A stretch of DNA of 45,156 nt from Candidatus Microgenomates bacterium (GCA_025451755.1 JANWJT010000018.1:1-45156), one strand, 5' to 3'. Positions 1 to 9,192 are shown, counted from the stretch's first letter. Program-made: numbers and translations. Notes: generated from the sequence alone by a model not told the origin.

Positions 1-1
1 A

Positions 2-130
2 AATTCTCTTCGTATCGGAGGAAATACCATATGGGGAGAATACTTTAATGGACTTATCGATGAGTTAAGAGTCTACAACAGAGCACTGTCTGCCTCTGAG
101 ATACAGAGTGATATGAATAGTGGAATCTAA
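2..130 (+). CDS. C-terminal fragment of a LamG-like jellyroll (Laminin_G_3) domain protein, truncated by the window start
   Basis: Frame 2 reads NSLRIGGNTIWGEYFNGLIDELRVYNRALSASEIQSDMNSGI*, matching the typical LamG-like ending F-x-G-x-IDE-x-R-x-Y-x-RAL-S-x-x-EI. Not in the ORF track. Confidence 0.85.
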   Translation, partial: NSLRIGGNTIWGEYFNGLIDELRVYNRALSASEIQSDMNSGI

Positions 131-262
131 TATACTCTTAATTTTTAACTCTTAATTTATTGTATGAAAAAAAATAAAAATTATGCTGCAATAGCTGCAG
201 CTAGAGCTTGTAACAAAGTTATAAAAACAAAAAAAATAAATCTGAATAACTAAAAATGGATT

Positions 263-1816
263 ATGCATAAAAATTTATTTAGTACATTTTTATTATCCTT
301 GTTTTGTCTAATTGTGTTAGGATTGTCTCTTCGTGGAGCTGAAGGAAATCCTACAGATTCTTCCATAAATCAGGCACATTGGAAAAATAATGGACCATTT
401 GAATTGTCGCCAGAAAGAGGTAGGTTTGCTTTGACTTATTCACTGGTGGAAGATAAATCATTTCAATTTTCAGATAATATTGGTAAATTTGCAAGCCCAG
501 ATGTTGCTGTCCATAATGGTAAATTTGTATCTCTATTTGCTCCGCTTTTATCTTTTTTAACAATTCCAGGATATGTTTTTGGTAAGTATTTTGGAATATC
601 ACAGGTTGGAACTTTTGCAACTATTTCTTTTTTTGCAATACTTAACGTAATTCTCATAAAACTTATATCAATTCGACTTGGAGCGAATAGAATTACAGCG
701 GCAATTGCTTCTGCAGTTTTTTTATTTGCAACTCCTGCATTTGCTTATGCCGTAAATTTGTACCAGCATCATGCTTCAACCTTTTTGATACTTTTGAGTA
801 TTTATGCATTGCTAAAATCCAAGAAAGCGTGGCCTCTAGTAGTCGTGTTTTTCTCATGTGCTGCTGCAATTTCTCTTGATTATCCGAATCTTTTTTTTAT
901 GTTTCCTCTGGGAGCATACGCAATCAGTAGAATAATATCGATTGGTAAATTAAAAAAGAATTTTTTTGTGAAAATTAATTTATTTAAGGCTTTTACTCCT
1001 TTTGTTATGATTATCCCAATACTATTTTTTCTTTGGTTTAATCATGTTTCATATGGTAATTTCTTTCAATTATCTGGCACTCTTCAGACAGAAAAAAACT
1101 TAGATAAGCCCGAAGATTTGCCATCATTCTCTACTCTGCAAACGAGAGAAAAAGAAAAAGCAATTGCAAAAAAAACAGCTGTCGGATTTTTTAACGCAAG
1201 GAATATTTTGAATGGATTCTATGTGCATTTTGTAAGTTCCGGCAGAGGTTTAATTTATTATACCCCTGTAATTTTATTTGGAATTGCAGGGATGATTCTC
1301 GCAATCAAAAAAAAGGTTGCAATGATGCCGTTATTATCTGGAATAATTGGTGCAAATATTTTACTTTATTCGATGTGGGGGGATCCATGGGGAGGATGGG
1401 CCTTTGGTTCACGCTATCTTATTCCAAGCTATGCTATTCTGTCTATATTTATTGCTTTATTTCTAACATATTGGAATAAAAAAATACTGCTTCTTATTGT
1501 ATTTCTCATAGCAACATTTTATTCAATTGCAGTCAATGCCTTAGGGGCAATTACAACAAGCGCTATACCGCCTCAGCCTGAGGTATTAAATCTTGAAAAA
1601 ATATCTGGCGCTGTTCAAAAATATACTTATGTCAGAAATTGGGATTTTTTGCTTTCTGGAAATACTAAGTCTTTTATTTATGAAACATTTTTAAATAACT
1701 ACTTATCTTCTGTCGCCTTTTATTTAATATTAACTGTTTCAATATGTTTTTTTGTTGGAGCTATTATTATTTATTACTATCTAAATTTACATAGAAAAGG
1801 AGAAGAAAATGTTTAA
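263..1816 (+). CDS. Polytopic membrane protein, probable GT-C fold glycosyltransferase
   Basis: 517 aa with many hydrophobic segments, an N-terminal extracytoplasmic loop, and a late W-x-GG-W-x-FG-x-RY motif seen in GT-C-like proteins. Confidence 0.65.
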   Translation: MHKNLFSTFLLSLFCLIVLGLSLRGAEGNPTDSSINQAHWKNNGPFELSPERGRFALTYSLVEDKSFQFSDNIGKFASPDVAVHNGKFVSLFAPLLSFLTIPGYVFGKYFGISQVGTFATISFFAILNVILIKLISIRLGANRITAAIASAVFLFATPAFAYAVNLYQHHASTFLILLSIYALLKSKKAWPLVVVFFSCAAAISLDYPNLFFMFPLGAYAISRIISIGKLKKNFFVKINLFKAFTPFVMIIPILFFLWFNHVSYGNFFQLSGTLQTEKNLDKPEDLPSFSTLQTREKEKAIAKKTAVGFFNARNILNGFYVHFVSSGRGLIYYTPVILFGIAGMILAIKKKVAMMPLLSGIIGANILLYSMWGDPWGGWAFGSRYLIPSYAILSIFIALFLTYWNKKILLLIVFLIATFYSIAVNALGAITTSAIPPQPEVLNLEKISGAVQKYTYVRNWDFLLSGNTKSFIYETFLNNYLSSVAFYLILTVSICFFVGAIIIYYYLNLHRKGEENV

Positions 1817-3449
1817 TTTTAGAACAGGCGAATTATCAATAAATATTTCAGAAAATAACAGAGCCATAAGTTTTATTAGAAAGTTTTTAAGTAAGTATGT
1901 TATTCAAATTATTCTTTTCTTTTTAATTCTTGTTTCAAGCTTCTCCTTCTTTATCTTTTATCAGAATGGACTTGGTCTTTCTTATAACGATGCTAGGTCA
2001 CATTTAGATATTGGAAGACGTGTTGTTGAAGGGTTAAAACCTGGCATTGCACAGCTTGGTAGCGTATGGTTACCGCTTCCTCATATTTTAATGATTCCAA
2101 CTGTCTGGAATGATTTTATGTGGCATTCGGGACTTTCGGGAGCATTAGAGTCAATGATATCTTTTGTTGTCACAGCACTTATTATTTACTCCTTCCTAAA
2201 GGAACTTAAGGTTGGTTTTGTAGGACGTTTAACTGGGGTTGTAATATTTTCTGTCAATCTTAATGTCTTGTACCTTCAGTCGACTGCCATGACAGAGCTA
2301 TTGCTTGTTATGACTATGACAGCCGGAGTTTACTATCTTATGCTTTGGTCAAAAAATGAAAATATTTTAAATCTTATAAAGTCCGCATTCTTTGTAATGC
2401 TTTCGACTCTAGTCCGCTATGACGGTTGGTTTCTTTTTCTTTTCTCAGTTTTTTTAATAATAGTTGAAGTTTTACGAAAAAGAGGTTATAAGACAACGGA
2501 AGGAATAGTTATTCTATACTCAACTCTTGCGGGCTTTGGAGTAGTATTGTGGCTTTTGTGGAATCTTCTTATTTTCAAAGATCCCCTTTATTTTATTTTC
2601 GGTCCCTTTTCAGCATATATTCAGCAAGAGCAATTACAATTAGCAGGAAATCTTGCTACTAAAGGAAATCTCTTGCTTTCGATAAAAATTTACCTATATT
2701 CGGTCGCGTATAATTGCAATGCTTTTATTGCCATGCTTGGTCTCATAGGTGCAATTGTTTTATGCGTAGATCGTAAAATAAAAACATCTGTAAAAATTGC
2801 AGTATCAGCACTTCTAGCTCCTTTAATTTTTAATATATTGTCACTCTACTTAGGGCAATCGGTTTTATTCATTCAAGGTTTATCTGGAAATACCTGGTTT
2901 AACGTAAGATATGGTATTGTCATGATGCCTGCAATTGCGATCTTTGTTGGATATTTGCTGCATAAGATGAATCAGTTTAAGCTTGTCTTAATAGGACTTA
3001 TGGTTTTTGTTTTATTTTTTTCATTTGTCAATCTTGATGCAGTAACAATTGATGATGCAAGAGTAGGGTCAAGTCAAAAAAATGTTTCGGAGGTTTCCGG
3101 ATGGCTTCGCAGCAATGCAAAAAATAAGCCCGGTTTTGTATTAATTTCAGCCGCATCCCATGACGCAATAATATTTTCATCGGGTCTTCCAATGAGCAAA
3201 TTTATACATGAAGGAACAGGCGAATACTGGGATTTAGCAACTGCATCTCCTAATCTTTGGGCTCGATGGATTGTTATGCGTACAAACGATTTAAACGATT
3301 CGACATTTAAGTTGGTCAGAAAGACAAAAGCATATAGGGATGGAAACTACAAGCTTATAAATCATTATTCTTTTGCAGATATTTATGAAATAAAAGAAGA
3401 ATACGTGCAAAACCTTAATATGAAGCCCATCTTGGGAAAACAAAAATAA
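1809..3449 (+). CDS. Probable GT-C (PMT/ArnT-like) membrane glycosyltransferase
   Basis: 546 aa; loop YNDARSH after TM1, WLPLPH, MTE, RYDGW and NVRYG motifs; soluble C-terminal domain; overlaps the upstream stop. Confidence 0.7.
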   Translation: MFNFRTGELSINISENNRAISFIRKFLSKYVIQIILFFLILVSSFSFFIFYQNGLGLSYNDARSHLDIGRRVVEGLKPGIAQLGSVWLPLPHILMIPTVWNDFMWHSGLSGALESMISFVVTALIIYSFLKELKVGFVGRLTGVVIFSVNLNVLYLQSTAMTELLLVMTMTAGVYYLMLWSKNENILNLIKSAFFVMLSTLVRYDGWFLFLFSVFLIIVEVLRKRGYKTTEGIVILYSTLAGFGVVLWLLWNLLIFKDPLYFIFGPFSAYIQQEQLQLAGNLATKGNLLLSIKIYLYSVAYNCNAFIAMLGLIGAIVLCVDRKIKTSVKIAVSALLAPLIFNILSLYLGQSVLFIQGLSGNTWFNVRYGIVMMPAIAIFVGYLLHKMNQFKLVLIGLMVFVLFFSFVNLDAVTIDDARVGSSQKNVSEVSGWLRSNAKNKPGFVLISAASHDAIIFSSGLPMSKFIHEGTGEYWDLATASPNLWARWIVMRTNDLNDSTFKLVRKTKAYRDGNYKLINHYSFADIYEIKEEYVQNLNMKPILGKQK

Positions 3450-3450
3450 T

Positions 3451-4686
3451 ATGATTAAAAAAATCTTTATAGTTATTGCTGTTTTTATATTGCTTAAATT
3501 GCTATTTAGTTTTGGTAAGTCCGAATCAGAAAATAAGCGGGTTACTCTATGGGAATTTCAATCAATTGATACTATGAAATATTCGCGTGATGTAGCGCAG
3601 GAAAAACTTAATGATTTAACTTACGATGAGATAATTAAGCAGCAAGTCGAGGATATCGCAGCAACAGGGGCAACTCACATAGGTATTGCAACGCCTTATG
3701 ACGAAGAATTTTATCCTTTCTTAAAAAGATGGGTAAATGAGGCTAGAAGAAATAATTTAAACGTTTGGTTTAGGGGTAATTGGTCTGGATGGGAAAAGTG
3801 GTTTGAATATGAGAAGATCGACAGAAAAAAGCATATCGAAAAAACGCGAAATTTTATTCTTAATAACCCAGGATTATTTGTTGATGGAGACGTTTTTTCC
3901 GCCTGTCCCGAGTGTGAAAATGGCGGACCAGGAGATCCCCGCCAAAATGGCGACATTGAAGGTCACAGAAAATTTTTAGTAGATGAATATAAAGTTACGA
4001 AGAATGCATTCCAGGCAATTGGGAAAGATGTTGATTCAAACTATAATTCTATGAACGGTGATGTCGCGAGGATTATTATGGATTCTGCCACAACCCATGC
4101 TCTTGATGGAATAGTAACAATTGACCATTACGTTTCAAGCCCCGAAAAATTAGCTGATGATATTAAGTCTATTTCGAAAAGTTCGGGAGGAAAAATAGTT
4201 CTTGGGGAATTTGGAGTACCAATACCTGACATAAACGGCAAAATGAGCGAACAAGAGCAGTCAGATTGGATAAATAAAGCTCTTTTAAAGCTTTCCGAAA
4301 TGCCTGAAGTTGTTGGAATTAGTTACTGGGTTAATACAGGAAGTTCAACCGCTCTTTGGTCTGAGGATGGGGCGGAGAGAAAAGCTGTTGAAATTCTCAG
4401 ATCAGCATTCAAGGCTCCTATTGCTAGAGTTATTGTAAAAGATTCGTCCGGATCTATAGTAAAAAATGCTAATTTAAATTTAAACGGGAGGCATTATGTT
4501 TCGGATAACAATGGAGTTTTTAACATTCCTTACTTTAATAATTCAAAAAATGTAGAGATAAGAGCCGAAGGATATTTTTCTAAAAAAATTCTCTTAGCCA
4601 GGTCAGATGGTGTAATAGTAATTCTAAAAAAAGAAAATGAAGATTTAGTATTTAAATTAAATAAATTCATCCAAGATCTTTTCTAA
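3451..4686 (+). CDS. Secreted or membrane-anchored glycoside hydrolase-like TIM barrel (clan GH-A-like) with C-terminal beta-sandwich domain
   Basis: N-terminal signal/anchor; candidate acid/base Glu in CPECENG and nucleophile in IVLGEFG; C-terminal VIVKDSSG...A...SDNNGVF...AEGY resembles a carboxypeptidase-regulatory-like domain. Confidence 0.55.
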   Translation: MIKKIFIVIAVFILLKLLFSFGKSESENKRVTLWEFQSIDTMKYSRDVAQEKLNDLTYDEIIKQQVEDIAATGATHIGIATPYDEEFYPFLKRWVNEARRNNLNVWFRGNWSGWEKWFEYEKIDRKKHIEKTRNFILNNPGLFVDGDVFSACPECENGGPGDPRQNGDIEGHRKFLVDEYKVTKNAFQAIGKDVDSNYNSMNGDVARIIMDSATTHALDGIVTIDHYVSSPEKLADDIKSISKSSGGKIVLGEFGVPIPDINGKMSEQEQSDWINKALLKLSEMPEVVGISYWVNTGSSTALWSEDGAERKAVEILRSAFKAPIARVIVKDSSGSIVKNANLNLNGRHYVSDNNGVFNIPYFNNSKNVEIRAEGYFSKKILLARSDGVIVILKKENEDLVFKLNKFIQDLF

Positions 4687-4715
4687 CTTTCTTTCTATGT
4701 TATAGGATGTCTCTA

Positions 4716-4743
4716 TTGACTTTTTGATATAGTATGATATAAT
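4716..4743 (+). promoter_or_regulatory. Sigma70-type promoter for the sortase substrate/sortase pair
   Basis: TTGACT-16 nt-TATAAT with TG extension, 44 nt upstream of ATG 4788. Confidence 0.55.
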
Positions 4744-4787
4744 CCTATAACATTTTTATAATTAAAAAAACAGCCTTAATTTATTTT

Positions 4788-5366
4788 ATGCTAAGAAAAA
4801 ACCTATTGATAAAAGTATTATTAATAACGATTTTATTATCGGCCTTTATTGGAGAAGCATATGCAGTAACAGCTCCCACATTTCCGGTCTGCGCTAATCC
4901 TCAAGGTCAAGTTAAGGCTTCATATGATTCAGGAGCTCATGGAGTTGCCGGAAATACCTCAGCGTTTACAGGAAAGGATACTGTATATACATTAACTGAT
5001 GAAACTCTTACTCAGTGTTTGTGTACGACTGACGGAGAAGGTATTCAGACTAATTGGTGGAAGGTATCAAATCTTACGCAGGATGAAAAAAATATATTAA
5101 TTAGCCAGGGTTGGATTTCAATTCCCGACGGATCTGCGTGGGGTCTCGATCAAGGACCATATCTTGCAAAAAATTCAAATTATGCATGTGCATCTTCAGA
5201 CAGAATAGGTGGAACAGCAAATGCTGGATCTGTCTTGGGTACCTCAACAGAAACAGTACTTGGACTTGCAACAACCGGAAATATATTATTTATATTAACG
5301 GTTATTCTCACCGGATTTATCCTTCTTGGTAGCGGAGCTTCCCTTTCTCTTAAAAAGAAAAAATAA
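4788..5366 (+). CDS. Secreted Cys-containing protein with LPXTG-like sorting signal (LATTG)
   Basis: Signal peptide ending AYA; C-terminus VLGLATTG + hydrophobic helix + KKKK; directly upstream of a sortase. Confidence 0.75.
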   Translation: MLRKNLLIKVLLITILLSAFIGEAYAVTAPTFPVCANPQGQVKASYDSGAHGVAGNTSAFTGKDTVYTLTDETLTQCLCTTDGEGIQTNWWKVSNLTQDEKNILISQGWISIPDGSAWGLDQGPYLAKNSNYACASSDRIGGTANAGSVLGTSTETVLGLATTGNILFILTVILTGFILLGSGASLSLKKKK

Positions 5367-5380
5367 AATGGATAACGAAG

Positions 5381-5911
5381 ATGAGTTCTGCTTCTAAAAT
5401 ATTAATTTTCTCAGGTTTTTTGTTAATTTTTTTTGGAACATATTTATTTTTGGATCGCTATAGCTCGAGAAAACTAGAATTTCAAGATTTAAAAATAAGT
5501 AAAACTGTTTCTTCTAAGATAATTCCCGTAAGAATAATTATCTCAGCATTAAAGATAGATAGCGGAATATATCCTGCAAAAATTGATAATGGGAAATGGG
5601 AAGCAACTCAAAATGGGATTTCTTATCTTTCTTCTTCTCCCGTTCCGGGAAGTAAGGGAAACGCAATTTTGTACGGGCATAACTTTCCAAATCTTCTTGG
5701 GAATTTAAATAAAATAAAACCGGCAGATATAATAGAAGTCGTAATGAATACGGGGGAGAGAAAAAAATTCAAGGTCGAATTTACACATATAGTTACTCCA
5801 AGTCAAACTCATATTTTATCTCAGACAACTGACAGTAGGATAACTTTATATACATGCACAGGATTTCTAGATAGTAAGAGGTTTGTTGCAATAGCAAAAC
5901 TTCTAAAATAA
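5381..5911 (+). CDS. Sortase
   Basis: N-terminal TM; catalytic triad motifs ILYGHN (His), TLYTC (Cys), SKRF (Arg). Confidence 0.92.
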   Translation: MSSASKILIFSGFLLIFFGTYLFLDRYSSRKLEFQDLKISKTVSSKIIPVRIIISALKIDSGIYPAKIDNGKWEATQNGISYLSSSPVPGSKGNAILYGHNFPNLLGNLNKIKPADIIEVVMNTGERKKFKVEFTHIVTPSQTHILSQTTDSRITLYTCTGFLDSKRFVAIAKLLK

Positions 5912-5917
5912 TTTTTT

Positions 5918-7354
5918 TTATTTTCTTACAAAAACTCCGGAATAGTCATCCTCATACACTAATTTCCATTTTCCTTCTTTTGTAAGTTTTAAAAGTTTTT
6001 TGTAGACATGCTTTTCTGGTGACATCAAAACTGCATTGTAGTTAGATTCGTCTATATCCTTAAGGTTTTGCTCGTATTCGTAATAATCAACAAAACCACT
6101 ATATCCTTTTTTGTCTTTCCAAAGGTGCATTCTGCCATCTATGGTTGGTTTAATTTCGGGATAATTCCAGATAATCCAACCTCCCCAGTTATACATTGTA
6201 AGAAGTTCTCTTTGGTTTATCTTATTTCCAATAACAAAATCTGCCGCTTTCGTCGAGCAATAATTAATGCTGCAATATTTATTCCAGGAAAAATTATAAT
6301 ACTGCGAAAATGGAAATTTGGAAAAAACAACAAAAGTTATTGCAAGGAAAAGTATTATGCTACCTGATATATATTGGTATTTTTTTTGATTTGGCTCAAG
6401 GAATTGAACGATCGGTTTTAATAATGGAATCGAAAGATAGAACATCATCCATGAATATCTTCTTACAAAAAGAGAGAGTGTATATATAACCCAGAATATT
6501 GATGTTTCAGGAATTTTTTTAATAAATTTATTTCCTGCAAGTAGAATGATTATTCCCCAAAAGGCAAGAGTTGCAACAATAATAAGGTTCCACCATGGAG
6601 TTGAAAGATCGTTGAATGGAAGATATTCTGCAATCAATTTTAGATCCGGATTTATAAAATGATAGAGTGCATCTCTATATGTTTCTATTCCGAATGGATT
6701 AATAAGAGTAAAAAGAGTTGAAAGAAAAAGAATAAATCCTAAAAATTTTCCTTCTGATAATGTTTCTTTTAAATTAACTTTAAGAAAAAAATGGTTATTA
6801 AGTAGCTTAACGAAAGTCCATCCAAAAAAGAGCAATAGTCCTATTAGGAATTGTCCATGTATATTGGACCAAAATAAAAACAACAAAGGAATTATTAGAA
6901 TAGCTTTTTTCTTAGGATACGTGCTTAGGAGATAAAGTAAAATTCCAAGAAAAAGGAGACTTAATAACTGACCACGGAAAGAAATTGAATTTAGCGGATG
7001 CATAAAATATGTAATAATCGGAAAAATTAAAGATTCTTCAAAGAAAGAAAGCTTGGCTCCTTTTGAGAAAAAATAAAAAGTGAGAGTTATTGTTAATGCT
7101 CCCAAAATTGTGAGTCCAAAAAATCCAAAATTATTAAATGTAAAATAAGAAATAAGATCTGTTCCCCAAGAAGTATTTGCCCATTTAAAATCCGGCATAA
7201 GCTGGGAGAAAATGTTATTCCGAAGAACTTTCCCATACTTAAAAAAATATTCACCATATTTTAAGTGCCACCCCAAATCCGGATCTGTCGGAAAATGTAT
7301 TGATGCAAGAAATACAAATATATAGGGAAAAATTCTAAGTATTAAATTATTCAT
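5918..7354 (-). CDS. Polytopic membrane protein, probable GT-C-like glycosyltransferase
   Basis: 478 aa; DPDLGWHL first-loop motif, WSNIHG, NPFG, IDGR motifs; multiple TM segments. Confidence 0.6.
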   Translation of the reverse strand: MNNLILRIFPYIFVFLASIHFPTDPDLGWHLKYGEYFFKYGKVLRNNIFSQLMPDFKWANTSWGTDLISYFTFNNFGFFGLTILGALTITLTFYFFSKGAKLSFFEESLIFPIITYFMHPLNSISFRGQLLSLLFLGILLYLLSTYPKKKAILIIPLLFLFWSNIHGQFLIGLLLFFGWTFVKLLNNHFFLKVNLKETLSEGKFLGFILFLSTLFTLINPFGIETYRDALYHFINPDLKLIAEYLPFNDLSTPWWNLIIVATLAFWGIIILLAGNKFIKKIPETSIFWVIYTLSLFVRRYSWMMFYLSIPLLKPIVQFLEPNQKKYQYISGSIILFLAITFVVFSKFPFSQYYNFSWNKYCSINYCSTKAADFVIGNKINQRELLTMYNWGGWIIWNYPEIKPTIDGRMHLWKDKKGYSGFVDYYEYEQNLKDIDESNYNAVLMSPEKHVYKKLLKLTKEGKWKLVYEDDYSGVFVRK

Positions 7355-7437
7355 AACTTGTGGCTTGAAATTATATCACTAACCCATAAGATGTTCAATC
7401 GATTCAATTGACACTGCATATATAATAGTATATAGAA

Positions 7438-7923
7438 ATGAAAAATCTACAGCTTTTAATAATTTTAATAATAACTTTAATTGTTATATCTCTTATTCAA
7501 AGAGAAGGAGTAGATAATAGTAATCAGAAGAAAAATATTATAACTTTACCACCTACGAAATCACAAACACAAACCCCAATTCCCACCCAAGCTTCAGCTC
7601 CCACATTAGTATTACCTACTTTGATTCCGGAATCTTTTTCTCAAAAAAATATTAAGTCGTTTGTCTATCCCAATTCAATAGTTTTAAATAAATCGGAAAA
7701 AGAAATGGCTTTACAAAGTTCGGATGATCCCTCGTCTATTACTAATTGGTATAAAGAAAAAGTAATTAGCTTGGATATGAAAGCTCAATCTTTTGTTCAA
7801 ACAAATACAAATGGAAATATTCTAAATAAATTAGCTGGAGCAAGAACAGGATTTAAAGTTACTCTAAAAATAGAAAAAAATAACTCAAGCTCTAGTACCG
7901 CTATCAAGGTTTCGATAGAATAA
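7438..7923 (+). CDS. Hypothetical membrane-anchored protein with Pro/Thr linker
   Basis: N-terminal TM, PT-rich linker, small globular domain (YPNS...WYKEK). Confidence 0.6.
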   Translation: MKNLQLLIILIITLIVISLIQREGVDNSNQKKNIITLPPTKSQTQTPIPTQASAPTLVLPTLIPESFSQKNIKSFVYPNSIVLNKSEKEMALQSSDDPSSITNWYKEKVISLDMKAQSFVQTNTNGNILNKLAGARTGFKVTLKIEKNNSSSSTAIKVSIE

Positions 7924-7956
7924 TCTAGTTTAGATTTAGCCCATAAAGATAGGGTA

Positions 7957-7985
7957 TTGACAAGAAATTTTTAGTTTGGTATAGT
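7957..7985 (+). promoter_or_regulatory. Strong sigma70-type promoter upstream of the 8048 gene and the DUF2292 gene
   Basis: TTGACA-17 nt-TATAGT with TG extension. Confidence 0.75.
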
Positions 7986-8002
7986 CCCTTTACAAATATT
8001 CT

Positions 8003-8026
8003 GCCCCGATGAGGGGTTTTTTATTT
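8003..8026 (+). terminator. Short terminator-like hairpin in the 5' leader
   Basis: GCCCC-GATGA-GGGGT followed by TTTTTATTT, just downstream of the predicted transcription start. Confidence 0.35.
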
Positions 8027-8047
8027 GGAATAATATTTAATGCTATT

Positions 8048-8797
8048 ATGAATGAAGACATAAAAACAACTTCCATACCAACAGATTTTATATCTTCGAG
8101 AAATGCAAATAGAGGCATTTTAAAATTAGAAAAACTGGAAATAAATAAAATAATTAGTTTATTTTCAAGGGCATTTAGAGCTTCGCTGCAAGCAGTAAAG
8201 AATAAAATAAATGATGCAGTAGGCGTTGGAACATCTGGCGGAAATTTTGGAAAAAATAGAAATTCACGCTTATTTATTATTTTTATTGCAGTTGTTCTTT
8301 TAGGATTGTCTTTCTATCTTGGAAAATCGCTAAACCAGAATTCGACAAACTATAATGATGATAGACCTCTTCCATCGGCAACAAAAGCAAGACAGGATTT
8401 AAATAAAGAATTTAAATTTCCTCTAAAAGATGCTAGGGGCGAGGATTTAAGTGAAATAAAGTACGTGATTGAATCTGCAGAACTTCAGGATTCAATTATT
8501 GTAAAAGGACAAAGAGCAAGAGCAGTCAAGGGAAGAACCTTTCTTATCTTAAACATAAAAATATCGAACAACTTTACTCAGGGAATCGAAATTAATAGCA
8601 GGGATTATGTAAGACTTTTAGTCAATGATTCCAAGGAATTGATAGCAGCAGATGTCCATAACGACCCAGTTGCAGTTCAGGCAATATCTACAAAGTATAC
8701 AAGACTTGGATTTCCAATAAACGATTCGGACAAAAATTTAATGCTGAAAATAGGGGAGATAAAAGGTAGTAAGCAAACAATTCAGCTTAATTTCTAA
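8048..8797 (+). CDS. Hypothetical bitopic membrane protein with extracellular Ig-like (DUF4352-like) domain
   Basis: ORF track starts at 8009, but that ATG lies in the leader hairpin loop, so the in-frame ATG 8048 (MNEDIK) is preferred. Single TM, then a beta-rich domain (FLILNIKISN...TRLGFPI...LKIGE). Confidence 0.6.
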   Translation: MNEDIKTTSIPTDFISSRNANRGILKLEKLEINKIISLFSRAFRASLQAVKNKINDAVGVGTSGGNFGKNRNSRLFIIFIAVVLLGLSFYLGKSLNQNSTNYNDDRPLPSATKARQDLNKEFKFPLKDARGEDLSEIKYVIESAELQDSIIVKGQRARAVKGRTFLILNIKISNNFTQGIEINSRDYVRLLVNDSKELIAADVHNDPVAVQAISTKYTRLGFPINDSDKNLMLKIGEIKGSKQTIQLNF

Positions 8798-8802
8798 TAA
8801 AT

Positions 8803-9021
8803 ATGGTGGGTTCTCAAAAAGATAAAGTTGCCATAATCAGCGAAATAAAAAAGGCTCTTGATGATATGGTATTCGGAAGTGTTGAGCTCTATGTCCAAAA
8901 TCGCAAAGTTACTCAAATTACAGTCCGCCACATAAAAAAGACAAATGTCGAGATGGAAAAAATCCCACAAACTGATTCTCAAGATAAAATCAATTTAAAA
9001 ATAGGTATTGACAAACAATAG
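8803..9021 (+). CDS. DUF2292 / YezD-like small protein
   Basis: 72 aa; I-x-x-AL-x-x-x-x-FGSVELYVQNRKVTQI matches the DUF2292 pattern (helix, then FGSV-x-I-x-V-x-x-x-x-V-x-QI). Confidence 0.75.
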   Translation: MVGSQKDKVAIISEIKKALDDMVFGSVELYVQNRKVTQITVRHIKKTNVEMEKIPQTDSQDKINLKIGIDKQ

Positions 9022-9038
9022 CACAGCATTATATAAAT
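9008..9038 (+). promoter_or_regulatory. Candidate promoter for the repeat-protein operon
   Basis: TTGACA at 9008-9013 (inside the end of the DUF2292 gene), AT-rich TATATAAAT 16-18 nt downstream; -10 position ambiguous. Confidence 0.45.
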
Positions 9039-9065
9039 GGATTTAACAGTTTAATTTAAGTTTAT

Positions 9066-9088
9066 AAGCTGACCGCAAACGGAGGCTT
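9066..9088 (+). promoter_or_regulatory. Conserved leader RNA hairpin, copy 1 (candidate antiterminator element)
   Basis: AAGC-TGA-CCG-CAAA-CGG-AG-GCTT; the 17-nt core 9069-9085 is identical to 19462-19478 on the - strand. Confidence 0.7.
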
Positions 9089-9143
9089 TTCTACCTGAAA
9101 TCTTTAGAAGGATTTCGGATAGAGGAGCCTCCGTTTTCGTTTT
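9077..9143 (+). terminator. Long leader terminator hairpin overlapping the conserved hairpin
   Basis: 9077-9093 pairs with 9120-9136 (17 bp incl. G-U) and 9095-9104 with 9109-9118; T-rich tail TTTTCGTTTT; mutually exclusive with the 9066-9088 hairpin. Confidence 0.7.
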
Positions 9144-9156
9144 AAAACGAAAACGG
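9131..9156. repeat. Perfect 26-bp palindrome
   Basis: CCGTTTTCGTTTT|AAAACGAAAACGG. Confidence 0.85.
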
Positions 9157-9175
9157 TGCAAAGAAGTGCAATCCA

Positions 9176-9192
9176 TCCCGCCTTTGGCGGGA
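9176..9192. repeat. Short GC-rich REP-like palindrome
   Basis: TCCCGCC-TTT-GGCGGGA; single copy seen in this window. Confidence 0.55.

Noticed and set aside
164-253. 29-aa ORF MKKNKNYAAIAAARACNKVIKTKKINLNN
   Set aside because: Low-complexity A-rich sequence with no SD or recognisable motif; cannot be supported.
9069-9085. Conserved 17-mer as a CsrA site or a DNA operator
   Set aside because: The GGA lies in the stem, not the loop. The element is asymmetric, sense-oriented in both leaders and has paired but differing flanks, which favours RNA. A DNA role is not formally excluded.
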